Source: Octopus vulgaris
Taxonomy: Eukaryota
DNA length: 64,000 nt
Assembly (NCBI GenBank): GCA_951406725.2
Contig: OX597823.1
Coordinates: 5,022,001-5,086,000, forward strand
Reading direction: 5' to 3'
Shown here: in pieces, positions 1 through 12,426 of the stretch
How positions within the stretch are numbered: the first letter of the stretch is position 1
Layout: every line of letters starts with the position of its first letter
The notes under the pieces: generated by a model
Seen by the model: only the letters and a program-made list of their open reading frames with translations
Databases searched by the model: none
What the model was told of the DNA's origin: nothing
Program-made: the position numbers and the translations under genes

Positions 1-126
1 CAGTGGTTTTCAACTGGGATTCATATGACCCTTTGGGATTCATATGAGACTTTGATGTTAACATTTATGTGCAATGAACTGGTTATACTTTTACAATGCA
101 CAAAATATTTTAACAATTTTTATATA

Positions 127-295
127 CAGGAGTGGCTGTGTGGTAAGTAGTTTGCTTACCAACCACAGGGTTCCGGGTTCAGTCTCACTGCGTGGCACCT
201 TGGGCAAGTGTCTTCTACTATAGCCTCGGGCCAACCAAAGCCTTGTGAGTGGATATGGTAGACGGAAACTGAAAGAAGCCTGTCATATCTGTATT

Positions 296-351
<56 letters not shown>

Positions 352-537
352 TGTCTGTTTGTCCCACCCACACCATTGCTTGACAACCGATGCTGGTGTG
401 TTTATGTCCCTGTAACTTAGCAGTTTGGCAAAAGAGACTGATAGAATAAATACTAGGCTTACAAAGAATAAGTTGACTTGCTTGATTAAAGGCGGTGCTC
501 CAGCATGGCTGCAGTCATAGTGAAACAAGTAAAAGAG
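127..537 (+). mobile_element. tRNA-derived SINE, family A (dominant octopus-type SINE with internal (TG)n)
   Basis: A box-like TGGCTGTGTGG, B box-like GGTTCAGTC, conserved CCTTGGGCAAGTGTCTTCTACTATAGC core, internal (TG)n, tail TGAAACAAGTAAAAG; many similar copies in the window. Confidence 0.85.
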
Positions 538-569
538 TATACAATTCCTAATAATATTTAATTACTAAA

Positions 570-925
570 GGCTGGAGCACCGCCTTTAGTCGAGCAAATC
601 AACCCCAGGACTTATTCTTTGTAAGCCTAGTACTTATTCTATTGGTCTCTTTTGCAGAACTGCTAAGTTACGGGGATGTAAACACACCAGCATCGGTTGT
701 CAAGTGATGTTGGGGGGACAAACACAGACACACAAACATACACACACACACACGCATATATACGATAGGCTTCTTTCAGTTTCTGTCTACCAAATCCACT
801 CACAAGGCTTTGGTTGGCCCGAGGCTATAGTAGAAGACAATCGCCCAAGGTTACACACAGTGGAACTGAACCCGGAATCCTGTGGTTGGTAAGCAAGCTA
901 CTTACTACGCAGCCACTCGTGCGCC
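570..925 (-). mobile_element. tRNA-derived SINE family A, reverse copy
   Basis: Reverse complement aligns by eye to 127-510. Confidence 0.85.
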
Positions 926-1876
926 TATAAAATTATAAAAATTTTGTAAATATCAAATGGCTATAGGGGTCCATCCAAGTAAAATAGGAATCTAAGAGCT
1001 CCATAGGTAAAATCCATAGGTAAAATCCATAGGTAAAATCCATAGGTAAAATATAATTGTGAACCACTGGGTTACAATATGAGAGTAAGGATCAGAGCAG
1101 AACAGATTCCTTGCTGTAGAGGGACCAGATGAATACCTCACATTTTAGAAGAAAGGCTAGAGGAGTGATTGGCATGGGTGAGGCAGGAAGAGGAAGTAAT
1201 GAATATAGCGGTGATGAGGCATCTGTGTGGAACCTCAAAGTATGAAGTGAATGGGGACCGATGTGGGTGGGTGGAGGTTGCAAGAGTGTATGGGAGAGTA
1301 AGAGACGGGGAATGAGTGGGTGGGTGGGGGTGATTATAATAAATGAATATAATTCTTTCAAATTTTGGGACAAGGTCAGTAATTTTGAGGGGAGGGTTGT
1401 TCAACTGATAATTATTTTATTGACATCTTAATTTATGACACCAAAAAAACAGTTGGAAATTTAGTATGAAGAAAAAAGAAAGCTGGCAAATTCTTACCTA
1501 GAACCCAAGTGAAACTGTTAGGAAACATTAGATGTAGTGAGGAAAGATAGCTTTTTCTTTGGTTTCCAAAGAAGGATATTTAATAGTCTAATGACCAGGT
1601 TCCATGGCTTGTCTTTGAGGCAAATCTTTACAAATTCAGGAATCAGAAGAAATGGTAGCATATTGTGTAACCTAGCTAAGAACAATTTAAAAAATTCTCT
1701 CAGATATACCTGTTATCATTGGTTATACCAGATATAGTTTTCAAATTTTGGCAGAAATTTTGTAAATATCAAGGTCAGAGATTTTGAAAAAGGGGTTTAA
1801 AGCTACTCCAGTGTTCAACTGGTACTTATTTTCTCAACTCTGAAAGGATGAAAGGCAATATTAATGACGGGGAATT

Positions 1877-2259
1877 TATATATATAAAGCTAAAGTTGTC
1901 TGTGTATGGCAGGTTTGGTAGCCTTCAACTAACACTATCTCCTCCGAGACCCTGCAGCGCAAGTTGACCAAAATTGAGAGTATGATAGAAGGCTTGCTCT
2001 TCCTTCCATAGAAGAAAAAATTGAAATCAGACCATGTTAACACCAAAAATTATTTACATCAAAAAGGTGCTTTTTTTCTATGAAAATCCCTGTTTTTTAC
2101 GATTTTTTTACTGCTGTGTCGCCATTTTTTGGTGTATTTCAACCAGAAAAATGTTCACTTAAAGAGAATAACAAGCTACATAATGCAAAATTTTTACTTT
2201 TCAGAAATTCCAATTCTAAAGGGTCGAAACAAACCCGAGCAACACCGGGCGATACTGCT
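1877..2259 (+). mobile_element. Non-autonomous Helitron-like element, copy 1
   Basis: Near-identical to 5066-5450; 5' TATATATAAAG start, subterminal GC hairpin CCCGAGCAACACCGGG; terminal CTAG damaged (CTGCTG). Confidence 0.65.
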
Positions 2260-3295
2260 GAATCTGGAAGTAAAGTAAGAAGGCTTTCATTACTATTTCT
2301 GACATTTGGGTCATTGGTTAGTGGTAGAACTTAGCTACACAGTAGATAAAACTCTTCTGTACAACAAATGTTGGTTCCATCTTTAACTAGCAACACTTAA
2401 TCATTTTGAATGAATTTCCTTGGGAAAAGTGTTTAAATGCAGGACTTATTCTCTCAGTCTCTTTTGCAGAACTGCTAAATTACGGGGATGTCAAGCGATG
2501 TTGGGGGGGACAGGCACACAAACACACACACACACACACACACACGCACAGAGGATCAGTCTCTGTTTTTATTTATCTATGTATCTGCCTGTCAGTCTCT
2601 CTCTCTGAGTGGTTGTCTGTCTGTCTTACTGTCTGTATGCCTGTCTATTTATCTATCTATACATAGACACACACACACACACACACACACATATATGCAT
2701 GCACACATACACACACACACATATATGCATGCACACACACACACACACACACATATGTACACACACACTACATTTGCTCAAATCAGGATATAGAGTTTTA
2801 AAATATTCCATCCAATAACTTTCTAACATTAATAATTTAATTTGAAGACAAGAAACTGATACAATGTTTATTTTTTGTGTATATTTCTCTATCTTTTTAT
2901 ATTTTTTATATTACTATTCAACTTTTTTTTACTTATATTTCTATTATTTGTTTATTTATTAATTTTTTTTTTTAGCTATTAATTTTCATATGGGAAGATA
3001 TTTTCTTGTAAGATTTTTTTTTGAAAATGGGTAAAAGAAGAGAAAATGTTTCGAACCGAAAGAGAAAGAAGAAATAAGGATTAAATGATCATATTTAGTA
3101 ATTTAATCTCTCTTAATTATGAACAAACTTGAAAATAAGACTTCTTATGGTGATTATTTTTGTTAATGTATATCAGAGAGCAGTGTGAGAAAAACCATTC
3201 TGTGTGTGTGTGTGTGTGTATGTCAAACTGATTGAAATAAATATCAGAGTTTTTTTATGGTAGTATAAAAAGTTGTTAACCTAACGGTTGTTTAA

Positions 3296-3515
3296 CCCTT
3301 TCGTATTCAGATTATTTTGTCAAATGTAATGATTTTTCATTTACATCGTTTGTAATTAATCATGCTTTATTTTGTAGCTATAAAGTTTTGATGATGAGAT
3401 TGTATATTTCTAGAATGGCATTGAAGGGTAGGTGTGATAGGTTGGATCTGACTAGTTAGAACATAAAGCAGGTAGAATATAAGGGCCGGATATGGCCTGT
3501 TTAAATACTAAAGGG
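3296..3515. mobile_element. piggyBac-type MITE family P1
   Basis: TTAA-CCCTTT...AAAGGG-TTAA: TTAA TSD at 3292-3295 and 3516-3519; related copies at ~33847-34238, ~52340-52447 and ~55478-55900. Confidence 0.75.
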
Positions 3516-3813
3516 TTAATATTAATATACTGATATACTAATGTTGTTGTTACTGTGGTTGGTGATGGTGGTAATGGTGTGATGTTGTCATTCTTGGAGT
3601 TGGTGGTGGTGGTGGTGGTGGTAGTAGTGGCAATGGTGTTGTTATTGTCATTCTTGGTGGTGATGAGGTTGTTATTCTTGGTAGTGGGGGTGTTGGTGTT
3701 GTTTGTGATGATGATGATGATGATAATGGTAGTGATGCCTTTTCTTTTTTTTGTTGCTTTGTATGTGAAACGTCTCTAATTGGTATCCATTTATTTGTTT
3801 GCTTGATTATATA

Positions 3814-3846
<33 letters not shown>

Positions 3847-3990
3847 ATGTGTGTGTGTATGTGTGCGCCTGTGTGTGTATACGTGCGAGCACATGTATGT
3901 ATGAATGAATGTATGTTTGCATGTGAATATTTGATATTTGTATGCACATGCATCTCTTTTTCCCTCTCTCTCTCTCTCTATCTATCTATC

Positions 3991-4065
<75 letters not shown>

Positions 4066-4543
4066 AGAGATTAGATGCAGTATGGTTGAATGGTTGAGAA
4101 ACTCATATTTCATAATCTCACAGGATCCAATGATAATTACAATAACAGCAATAATTATTATAATAACTGTAACAACACAATATAATCAACCATACTCTTT
4201 TTCCAAGATTTATGGCCTTGTACCAGTGCTAGGCCTTAAGTTATTCCACACACACACACATATATACACACATGTCGTTGTTGCAGGCTTCATCCTGCTC
4301 AGACTATAGATATTTCTGGCACAACCCTGTTCCTTTAGTATAAATCATCAATGTATTTAGTACTGGCCCTGGAAAGGTATATATATATATATATATGCTA
4401 GCATGGAAAGCGGATGTTAAACGATGATGATGATATATATATATATATATATGAGGGTTCGAAAATTTCTTACCAAACAACTACACATGATTTGTTTATA
4501 GTGATCCAATGTTTGTGTAGATTGACATTACCTGCACAGGTAC

Positions 4544-4844
4544 AATGGTTGCCAGATGTCAGCTGTTGAAATGATCACAGAGCAACATGAAATGAAGGTG
4601 TTTTGCTCAAGAACACAACACAATGCATGGTCTGAGAATCGAACCCACGATCTCACAATCATCAGTGCCACACCCTAACCACTAAGCCATGCGCCTTCAC
4701 TATATTTAGTGGTTAGAGTGTGGCACTGATGATTGCGAGATTGTGGGTTCGATTCTCAGACCAGGCATTGTGTTGTGTTCTTGAGCAAAACACCTTCGTT
4801 TCACGTTGCTCTGTGATCATTTCAACAGCTGACATGCGGCAACC

Positions 4845-4847
<3 letters not shown>
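4544..4847. repeat. 142-bp inverted repeat made of two divergent copies of a tRNA-SINE head (family C)
   Basis: 4544-4685 is the reverse complement of 4706-4847 with about 8 mismatches; 20-nt spacer; arm has GGTTCGATTC B box. Confidence 0.9.
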
Positions 4848-4884
<37 letters not shown>

Positions 4885-4891
<7 letters not shown>

Positions 4892-4945
4892 TGGGGAGAG
4901 AGAGAGTATGATACAGTCTTGACTTTCTCAGTTCAGTAATCCCTG

Positions 4946-4996
<51 letters not shown>

Positions 4997-5054
4997 TGGG
5001 GAGAGAGAGAGTATGATACAGTCTTGACTTTCTCAGTTCAGTAATCCCTGCTCA
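4885..5054 (+). repeat. Direct duplication of ~65 bp unique sequence between (TA)n tracts
   Basis: TTTATATTGGGGAGAGAGAGAGTATGATACAGTCTTGACTTTCTCAGTTCAGTAATCCCTGCTCA occurs at ~4885-4949 and ~4990-5054. Confidence 0.9.
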
Positions 5055-5065
5055 TATATATATAT

Positions 5066-5450
5066 ATATATATATAAAGCTGAAGTTGTCTGTGTGTGGC
5101 AGGTTTGGTAGCCTTCAACTAACACTATCTCCTCCGAGACCCTGCGGCGCAAGTTGACCAAAATTGAGAGTTTGATAGAAGAAAGCTTGCTCTTCTTTCC
5201 GTAGAAGAAAAAATTCAAATCGGACCATGTTAACACCAAAATTATTTACATCAAAAAGGTGCTTTTTTTCTATGAAAATCCCTATTTTTTACGATTTTTT
5301 TACTTCTGTGTCGCCATTTTTCGGTGTATTTCGAGAAAAATGTTCACTTAAAGAGAATAACAAGCTACATAATGCAAAATTTTTACTTTTCAAAAATTCC
5401 AATTCTAAAGGGTTGAAACAAACCCGAGCAACGCCGGGCGATACTGCTAG
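5066..5450 (+). mobile_element. Non-autonomous Helitron-like element, copy 2
   Basis: 3' end CTAG (5447-5450) followed by T, preceded by hairpin CCCGAGCAACGCCGGG (5423-5438); no TIRs or TSD. Confidence 0.75.
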
Positions 5451-6925
5451 TATACATAAATATATAATGGGCCTCCTTCATTTTCCAGCTACAAATCCAC
5501 TCTTGGTTATTGTCGGACACACTCGAGTTGCTATGGCGTAGGACTTAACCACATAACCATGCCTCTGTCAATATGCACACATACGCTCACACACAAAAGG
5601 TGTCGAAATTATAATGACTTGATTGATAAACGAGGTGGAGGAGTGTGCGTGTCCACGTCTTGTGTGTGTTTTTTCCTGCTTTCTGTATGTCCCTTTGTTC
5701 TCCTGTGCATCATTTTACTGTACACACTCACACATACACATACACACACTCACACATGCGCACGCACACACACATTATTTTACAAATAATACATATAATG
5801 TTATAACTCTTTCTAGTGTTGTTACTGTTGTTTTGGGAATGTGTATGACATTTTTTCCTTTTTTTAAATATATTTTTATCTATAAATGTCTCCCTGTTTT
5901 TAGTGTTCATATTGTTGTTGTTTGGTGTTGTTTAATTATTACTATTTTATTTCTCTTTTTTTTTTCATTTCCTTTTTCTGTTTTGTTCAAATACAATTTT
6001 TATATATATTTCTTATGTGACTTTTCATGCAAAGTTTTGAGAAATTCTTCAAGTTTGAAATCTTAACTTTTTTGTTGTTTGCTTTCCTCCTCCTCCCCCT
6101 CCTCCTGCTCTTCTTCTTTGGTGTCTTATTCCATCCCCCCCACCCCACCCCCGTTTCTCCACCTCCATCATCTGACATAAACTGTTGCCATTTTCTTCAG
6201 CGCTTTATATTCCCCAACAGAATGACTCGATTATTGATTTATTTGATTCCCGTCTAGAAAAAAGTTGGCCAACTATTTTTTTGTATGTTATTTTATTTTA
6301 TTTTTCTCCAGATGTTGTAAACAAACCATTTTGGTAAGATTGTCAAGGAAAGATTAATACAACAAAAAAACAAAACAAACCCCAAAAGACATTAGCAGCA
6401 GTAGCAGTAGCAGTAGTAGTAGTAGTAGTAGTAGTAGTAACTGCAACAACAATGACAACAGCAGAAATAACAGCAGCAACAAAAAGAAATAATAATAATA
6501 ATAATAATAATAATAATTACAATAACAACAATAATTATTATAATAATAACTGCAACAACAGCAACAACAACAATAATGATAATAATGATAATAATAATAA
6601 TAATAATAATAATGATAATAATTAATAATAATAATAAATGATAATAATAATAATGATAATAATAAATGATAATAATAATAATGATAATGATATTAACAAT
6701 AAGTTATATGTAATTACACCAATTCCTGGTACTACAGCCATAAAAGACATGGAACTACAACAACAACAACAACAACACCACCAAGCAGTAAGAAGCATAA
6801 CAACATTAACAATGGCAATAATAATGGATAACAGACTTGGAAAGTTTAAGGGGAGGGGTAGAGATAATGCACAGAAAAAATTGTAGGAAAATAAGGGTGA
6901 CGTCAGAGGGCTGGGATAATATCAA

Positions 6926-6960
<35 letters not shown>

Positions 6961-7399
6961 ACAAGAACAACACAACAACAACAGCATCATTCAAAATAAT
7001 AAGAATGATAACACCAATAATAACAGCAGCAACAACAACAACAACAACAATAATAATAATAGCAAAAAATCAATTTAATGATATGGGCTATAGTACAGAA
7101 AGTGAAATGCACTCAGTAACCCCGAGTTATTTGAATAGAAACGAACTGTCTGTTTGTTCATGGATGCATTTCCTCCGGAGGCAGCATATACTCTTACAGA
7201 ACACGGAACTGTGAGTCGATAGACGGGCTGGTTCATTGAAGAAAATAAAAAAAAAACTATTTTTGAATGGATACACATTTCAAAAAATAAATAAATAGAT
7301 AAATAAAGATGCAAATGTACAACTAAATAAATATTAAGTAAATTAAATGTATTTTATTGATATATATATATATATATATATAATAGGAAAATATATATA

Positions 7400-7478
<79 letters not shown>

Positions 7479-7479
<1 letters not shown>

Positions 7480-7650
7480 TTTATTTAAAAGCAGCAGAAA
7501 TATAACAAAACTGTCCGACGAACGGGAACATGAAACTCCGAGTAACAGTTTTTGTTATATTTCTGCTGCTTTTAAATAAAGCATATTACTCTACCACTGG
7601 TATTTGAGAACTCTTTTTCCCACCTTCTTTCACATTTATGTGCTTACTTC
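7479..7650 (+). mobile_element. Hairpin element with minimal type-I hammerhead ribozyme core (Penelope-like terminal fragment), copy 1
   Basis: 36/37-nt inverted repeat (7479-7514 / 7545-7581) enclosing CCGACGA-ACGGGAACAT-GAAA-CTCCGAG-TA (7515-7544); flanked by (TA)n. Confidence 0.7.
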
Positions 7651-7651
7651 C

Positions 7652-7690
<39 letters not shown>

Positions 7691-7850
7691 CTTTATTTTA
7701 AGCAGCAGAAAATTCAACAAAATCTGTTACTCTGAGTTTCTCGTTGCCGTTCATCAGACAGTTTTTGCTGCAAAATAAAGCATATTACTCTACCACTGGT
7801 ATTTGAGTACTCTTTTTTCCACCTTGTTTCACATTTATGTGTTTACTCAG
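7691..7850. mobile_element. Same hairpin element, copy 2; hammerhead core on the minus strand
   Basis: Flanks collinear with copy 1, but 7728-7757 reads CTGATGA-ACGGCAACGA-GAAA-CTCAGAG-TA on the minus strand; third partial copy (tail only) at ~7909-7968. Confidence 0.7.
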
Positions 7851-7962
7851 ATATATATATATATATATATATGATATATATATATATATATATTAAATAT
7901 AATATATATATTACTCTACCACTGGTATTTGATATACTATTTTTATACCTTGTTTATACATT

Positions 7963-8108
<146 letters not shown>

Positions 8109-9230
8109 TTTTTTAAAATTATTTCTTGTTTTCTTTTGTTGATGTTGTGTGTTTGATTTTTTTTTTTTCTGAAACACAAATATTTGCAGGTTGGATGAAA
8201 TAAATAAATATGTTTAAAAAATATTTTTAAAAAACCCCCAAAAATAGGAAAATTTTAAAAGAATTTTACAAAAGAGTATGAATAATTTCAAAAAAAGCAA
8301 GTCAAGGTTTAACACAAAATACAGTTTATGACCCATTGTGGCATTGTTGTCATTGTTATCATCATTATCGTCACTTTCATCATCACAGTCATCAACTTTA
8401 CCATCGTTATCATCATCCTCATCACCTTCACCATTGTTGTTGTCATCATCATCTTACTCCTCCTCATAATCATCATTTTCATCACCATCATTGTCATCAT
8501 CATCACCATTATCATCATCCTCATAATCACCATGATGACTACCACATTGTTGTCATCTTCATCCTCATCATTGCCATCACCATCATTATCATCATCATCT
8601 TCATTATAATTATCATCATCATCATCATTTTCGTCATCATCATCATTGTTATCATCAACATTATCATCATCATCATCATCATTCTAGTATCTGTTTTTCC
8701 ATGCTTGTATGGGGCAGACTTTTGTTTGTTGAGGCAGGTTTCTATAGCTGGAGGCTCGTTTTGTCATCAACCGCTCCTTCTTTCCAAGTTAGGTCATATT
8801 TCTCCCTTAATCTTTCAAACATGAAAAGTACAATATCTGGACATGTTTTTGTAGAAGAGTTTTGATAAAAGACAACACTGATGCAATGGTGGTTTCTATT
8901 TACAGTTCGCATGCAATGTCAAGACAAGGCCACATGAACACATGCACCCATTCATATGAATATACATGCATGCATACACACAAGCACATGATGCATACAT
9001 ATATATGTGCTTGTGTGTAGATGTATATGTAAATATATAAGTATATGGCTGTGTGGTTAGGGAGCTTGCTTCCTAGCTACATGGTTTCGGGTTCAGTCCC
9101 ACTGCGTGGCACTTTGGGTAGGTGTCTTCCACTATAGCCCCGAGCCGACCGGAGCTTTGTGATTGAATTCGGTAGGTGGAAGTGCCTCTCCGAAGTGAGA
9201 GAGTGGTATATATGCTATATATATATATAT

Positions 9231-9274
<44 letters not shown>

Positions 9275-9301
9275 CACATATATATACATATATATATATA
9301 T

Positions 9302-9965
9302 CATCATCATCATCATCATAGTTTAACGTCTGCTTTCCATGCTAGCATGGGCTGGATGATTCGACTGAGGTCTGGCGAACCAGAGTTCCTACGGCTGGAT
9401 GCCCTTCCTAACGCCAACCACTCTGAGAGTGTAGTGGGTGCTTTTATGTGCCAGCGGCACGAGGGCCAGTTTGGTGGCACTGGCAACAACCTCGCTCGAA
9501 TGTTTTTTTCACGTGCCACCAGCACAAGTGCTAGTAAGGCGACATAGGTAACGATCACGCTCAAATGGTGTTTTTAACGTGCCGTCGGCACGAAGGTCAG
9601 CTTGTTGCTCTGGTAATGATCTCACTTGTATGGTACTCTTAGTGCTCCACTAGCAATGGATGCCAGTTACTGAGTTTGATTCCGACTTCGATTTCACTTA
9701 CCCCAACTGGTCTTTGCAAGCAGACTTTAGAGTCCAATGAAAGAAAGGCAAGCATAAGTGGGCTGGTTACACCCCTGGCATAGGCCACAAGGTTATGGTC
9801 TCACTTTTGCTTGCCAAGTAATCTCAAGCACAGTATATCTCCAGAGGTCCCGGTCACTAGTCATTGCCTCGGTGAGGCCCAATGTTTCAAGGTCATGCTT
9901 CACCACCTCATCCTTGGTCTTCTTGGGTCTACCTCTTCCACAGGCTCCCTCAGCTGCTAGGGTCT
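9302..9965 (-). mobile_element. RTE-clade LINE 3' end (ORF C-terminus + 3' UTR, (GAT)n tail)
   Basis: ORF 9793-9999 has GRGRPKKT.DEVVKHDL..LGL.E.M..DR..WR, typical RTE C-terminus; matches 43475-44460. Confidence 0.8.
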
Positions 9966-10140
9966 GGAAGCCATCGACTCGCGATACCAGACGGCGCACA
10001 CTCTCCTATCCTCATGTAATCTCCAGGGATACAGGCATCCAGCAACAGGACCTCCGTAATGCTATGATGGACCATGAAGTCTGGCGTAGCATGGTAAATA
10101 CCATTGTCTCGACCATGGTCGAACAATGATGATGATGATG
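9962..10140 (+). mobile_element. Second RTE-like LINE 3' fragment
   Basis: Translation ...TLSYPHVISRDTG...DLRNAMMDHEVWRSMV... then (GAT)n tail. Confidence 0.6.
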
Positions 10141-10406
10141 TGGATGATATATATATACGTATATATGTATATATATTTGTATATGTATATATTTATTTGT
10201 GTGTATATATATATGTTTGAATGGCCATGCATATGGTGCATAGGTCATTGAGTAAAGGTTTCCATATAAACCAAATATACCGTCTTCAGAGAGGAAGAAG
10301 TGAAGAATATCCTTAATGAAAGATAGTAGTAGTTCCCAGTTCCATCAACAAAGAATTAAGGAATATCTTTAGTAAAAGAATATATATACATATATATAAA
10401 TATATA

Positions 10407-10610
10407 GTTAATCCAAACAAGAAAGCACAAAAAAACACAACAACGCGAGGACGTGGAACAAATATAGTATTATTGGACGCTCAGGAAGGAAAGGAAGAAG
10501 GAAGGTTTAACGTTTCGAGCGGAGCTCTTCGTCGGAAACATAGGAGAAGGAAAGATCCAGAGAAGGGAAGACAGAGGAAAAAAAATCACCAACGGTACAC
10601 ACGTGGTCGC
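10407..10610 (-). mobile_element. Penelope-like terminal fragment with minimal hammerhead core (family B), copy 1
   Basis: Minus strand 10539-10505: GTTT-CCGACGA-A-GAGCTCCGCTC-GAAACGTT-AAAC; abuts (TA)n; homologous to 39444-39635. Confidence 0.7.
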
Positions 10611-12009
10611 CATATGTGTGTGTGTGTATTTACGTGTATATATGTGTATGTATGTTTGTATGTACATATGTTTATGCATGTTCTTATGTTTATATGTATA
10701 TATACATGCATACATGTATATATACATGCATACATGTATATATACATGCATACATGTATATACACAGCAAGTTTCTTTCAGTATCCCTCTACCAAATCCT
10801 TTAACAAGGCTTTCATCAACCTGAGGCCATTGCAGATGACACTCAACTAAAGTGCCACACAGTAGGACTGAACCTGAAACTATGTGGTTGGGAAGCAAAC
10901 TTCTTAACCACACAGCTATGCTATATGTACCACTCACTTTCTCTGTTTGTGTCTCTCTGTCTATATGTGCCTGTGCATCTATCCATCCATCCATCCATCT
11001 ATTCATACATACACATATGTATGTATGTATAGAGTTTGCCACACAGCCAGATATTTCAACCATACCCCACCCCATTACCATGCCCACCACTGAGTATTAT
11101 TCCTCTGTACACATATACAACATTCTTCTTATCATTGCTTAGATGATTGCGAACATTTGGTTATTTTTTAAACTTTGGAGCAATTGTTTATCAGTTAATT
11201 ATTATAATTAATTAACCAGGAAATAGGAACGATATCTAGTTTTGCTACTGGGTAATCTCACAAGGCGCGTATGTATGTGTAAGTATGCAAGTTTGTAAGT
11301 GTGTGTGTGTTTGTGTGTGTATGTATATATATACATGTGTGCATGTATGCTCATATGTATGTATATGTATGTTTGTATGTATATTCGTATGTATGTTTGT
11401 ATGTGTGAATATGTGTATGTAATGTGTGTATATGTATATATGTAATATATGTGTGTATGTACACACATATGTATAAAGTGTTTCCTTTATGTTATCAGGA
11501 TATCTATGAAGAAAGAGCCATTGCCTCTAACCAACAGGTTCCCTCTTAATTCAAAATTATGGAAAAGACGGGTGCAGTTTAGTGCAGTTGAAATGAAGCT
11601 TGAAACGAATGCAGTGCAACGTGCTTTGCAGATGGATAAAAACTGGTAATTTATTTATAAGTCAATAGGTCTGTCAGTTTGTCTGTGCATCATCTGTCTA
11701 TCCATCCATCCATTCACGACCAATCAGACACCATATCTGCCAGTCACTGGAAGGTGATGAAGAAATAGATGCAACTGCTAAGAATTTCTTCATTCTCTTA
11801 TTGACAAATGAAGTTATATGTTTTTACCACAGTAAGCATATCCGTTTGTTTAAGAATCTTGCTTTGCAATCACATCATTTCAGGTTCAGTCCCACTGTGT
11901 GGCACCTTAGACTCTAGCTCCAGAGTGATCAAAGCCTTGTGACTTGATTTGGTAAAGAAGCTTGTTGCATATACATATATATACGAGTCAAATAAATCAA
12001 AATCAAATC

Positions 12010-12426
12010 ACAATCAAATAGAAATTGTAGTTGCTGGTGGCACGCAATAAGCACCATTCATGCGTGAGTTGTTGCCAGAGCCACCTGACTGGCTCCCCAT
12101 GCTGGTGGCACATAAAAAGCACCATCGGAACATGGTTGATGCCACCCTCACCCCTGCCCTAACTGGCTCCTGTGTCAGTGGCACGTAAAAAGCACCATTC
12201 AAACGTGGCCGATGTCTGTGTCACCTGACTGGCTCCCATGCTGGTGGTATGTAAGAAGCACCCACTACACTCTTGGAGTGGTTGGCGTTAGGAAGAGCAT
12301 TCCACTGTAGAAACATTGCCAGATCAGATTGGAGCCTGGTGCGGCTTCCTGTTTTGCCAGTCCACAGTCAAACCGTCAAACCCATGCTAGCATAGAAAAC
12401 GGATGTTAAACAATGATGATGATGAT
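12010..12426 (+). mobile_element. RTE-tail repeat (3' UTR with internal GTGGCACGTAAAAAGCACC repeats)
   Basis: Same 3' UTR as 43930-44460; ends CCATGCTAGCAT.GAAAACGGATGTTAAA + (GAT)n. Other copies ~17590-17925, 26461-26782, 40446-40800, 46453-46640. Confidence 0.8.

Larger units (their letters stand above)
1..1069. mobile_element. hAT-like MITE interrupted by two SINE insertions
   Basis: Starts CAGTGGTTTTCAA (1-13) and ends TTGTGAACCACTG (1057-1069), an imperfect TIR of the CAGTGGTT type; AT-rich interior split by SINEs at 127-537 and 570-925; internal 13-bp tandem TCCATAGGTAAAA x4 at ~1000-1051. Left TSD is outside the window. Confidence 0.6.

Noticed and set aside
127-200. tRNA-like heads as real tRNA genes
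   Set aside because: No complete cloverleaf; each continues into a SINE body.
8328-8824. His-rich / Ile-rich ORFs (also 38435-38740, 24180-24550, 3550-3894)
   Set aside because: Degenerate (CAT)n/(ACC)n microsatellites open in several frames; no supporting gene structure.
10255-10295. Minus-strand CTGAAGA-stem-GAAAC half hammerhead
   Set aside because: No GUH site or stem I partner downstream; at most a broken Penelope-like terminus.
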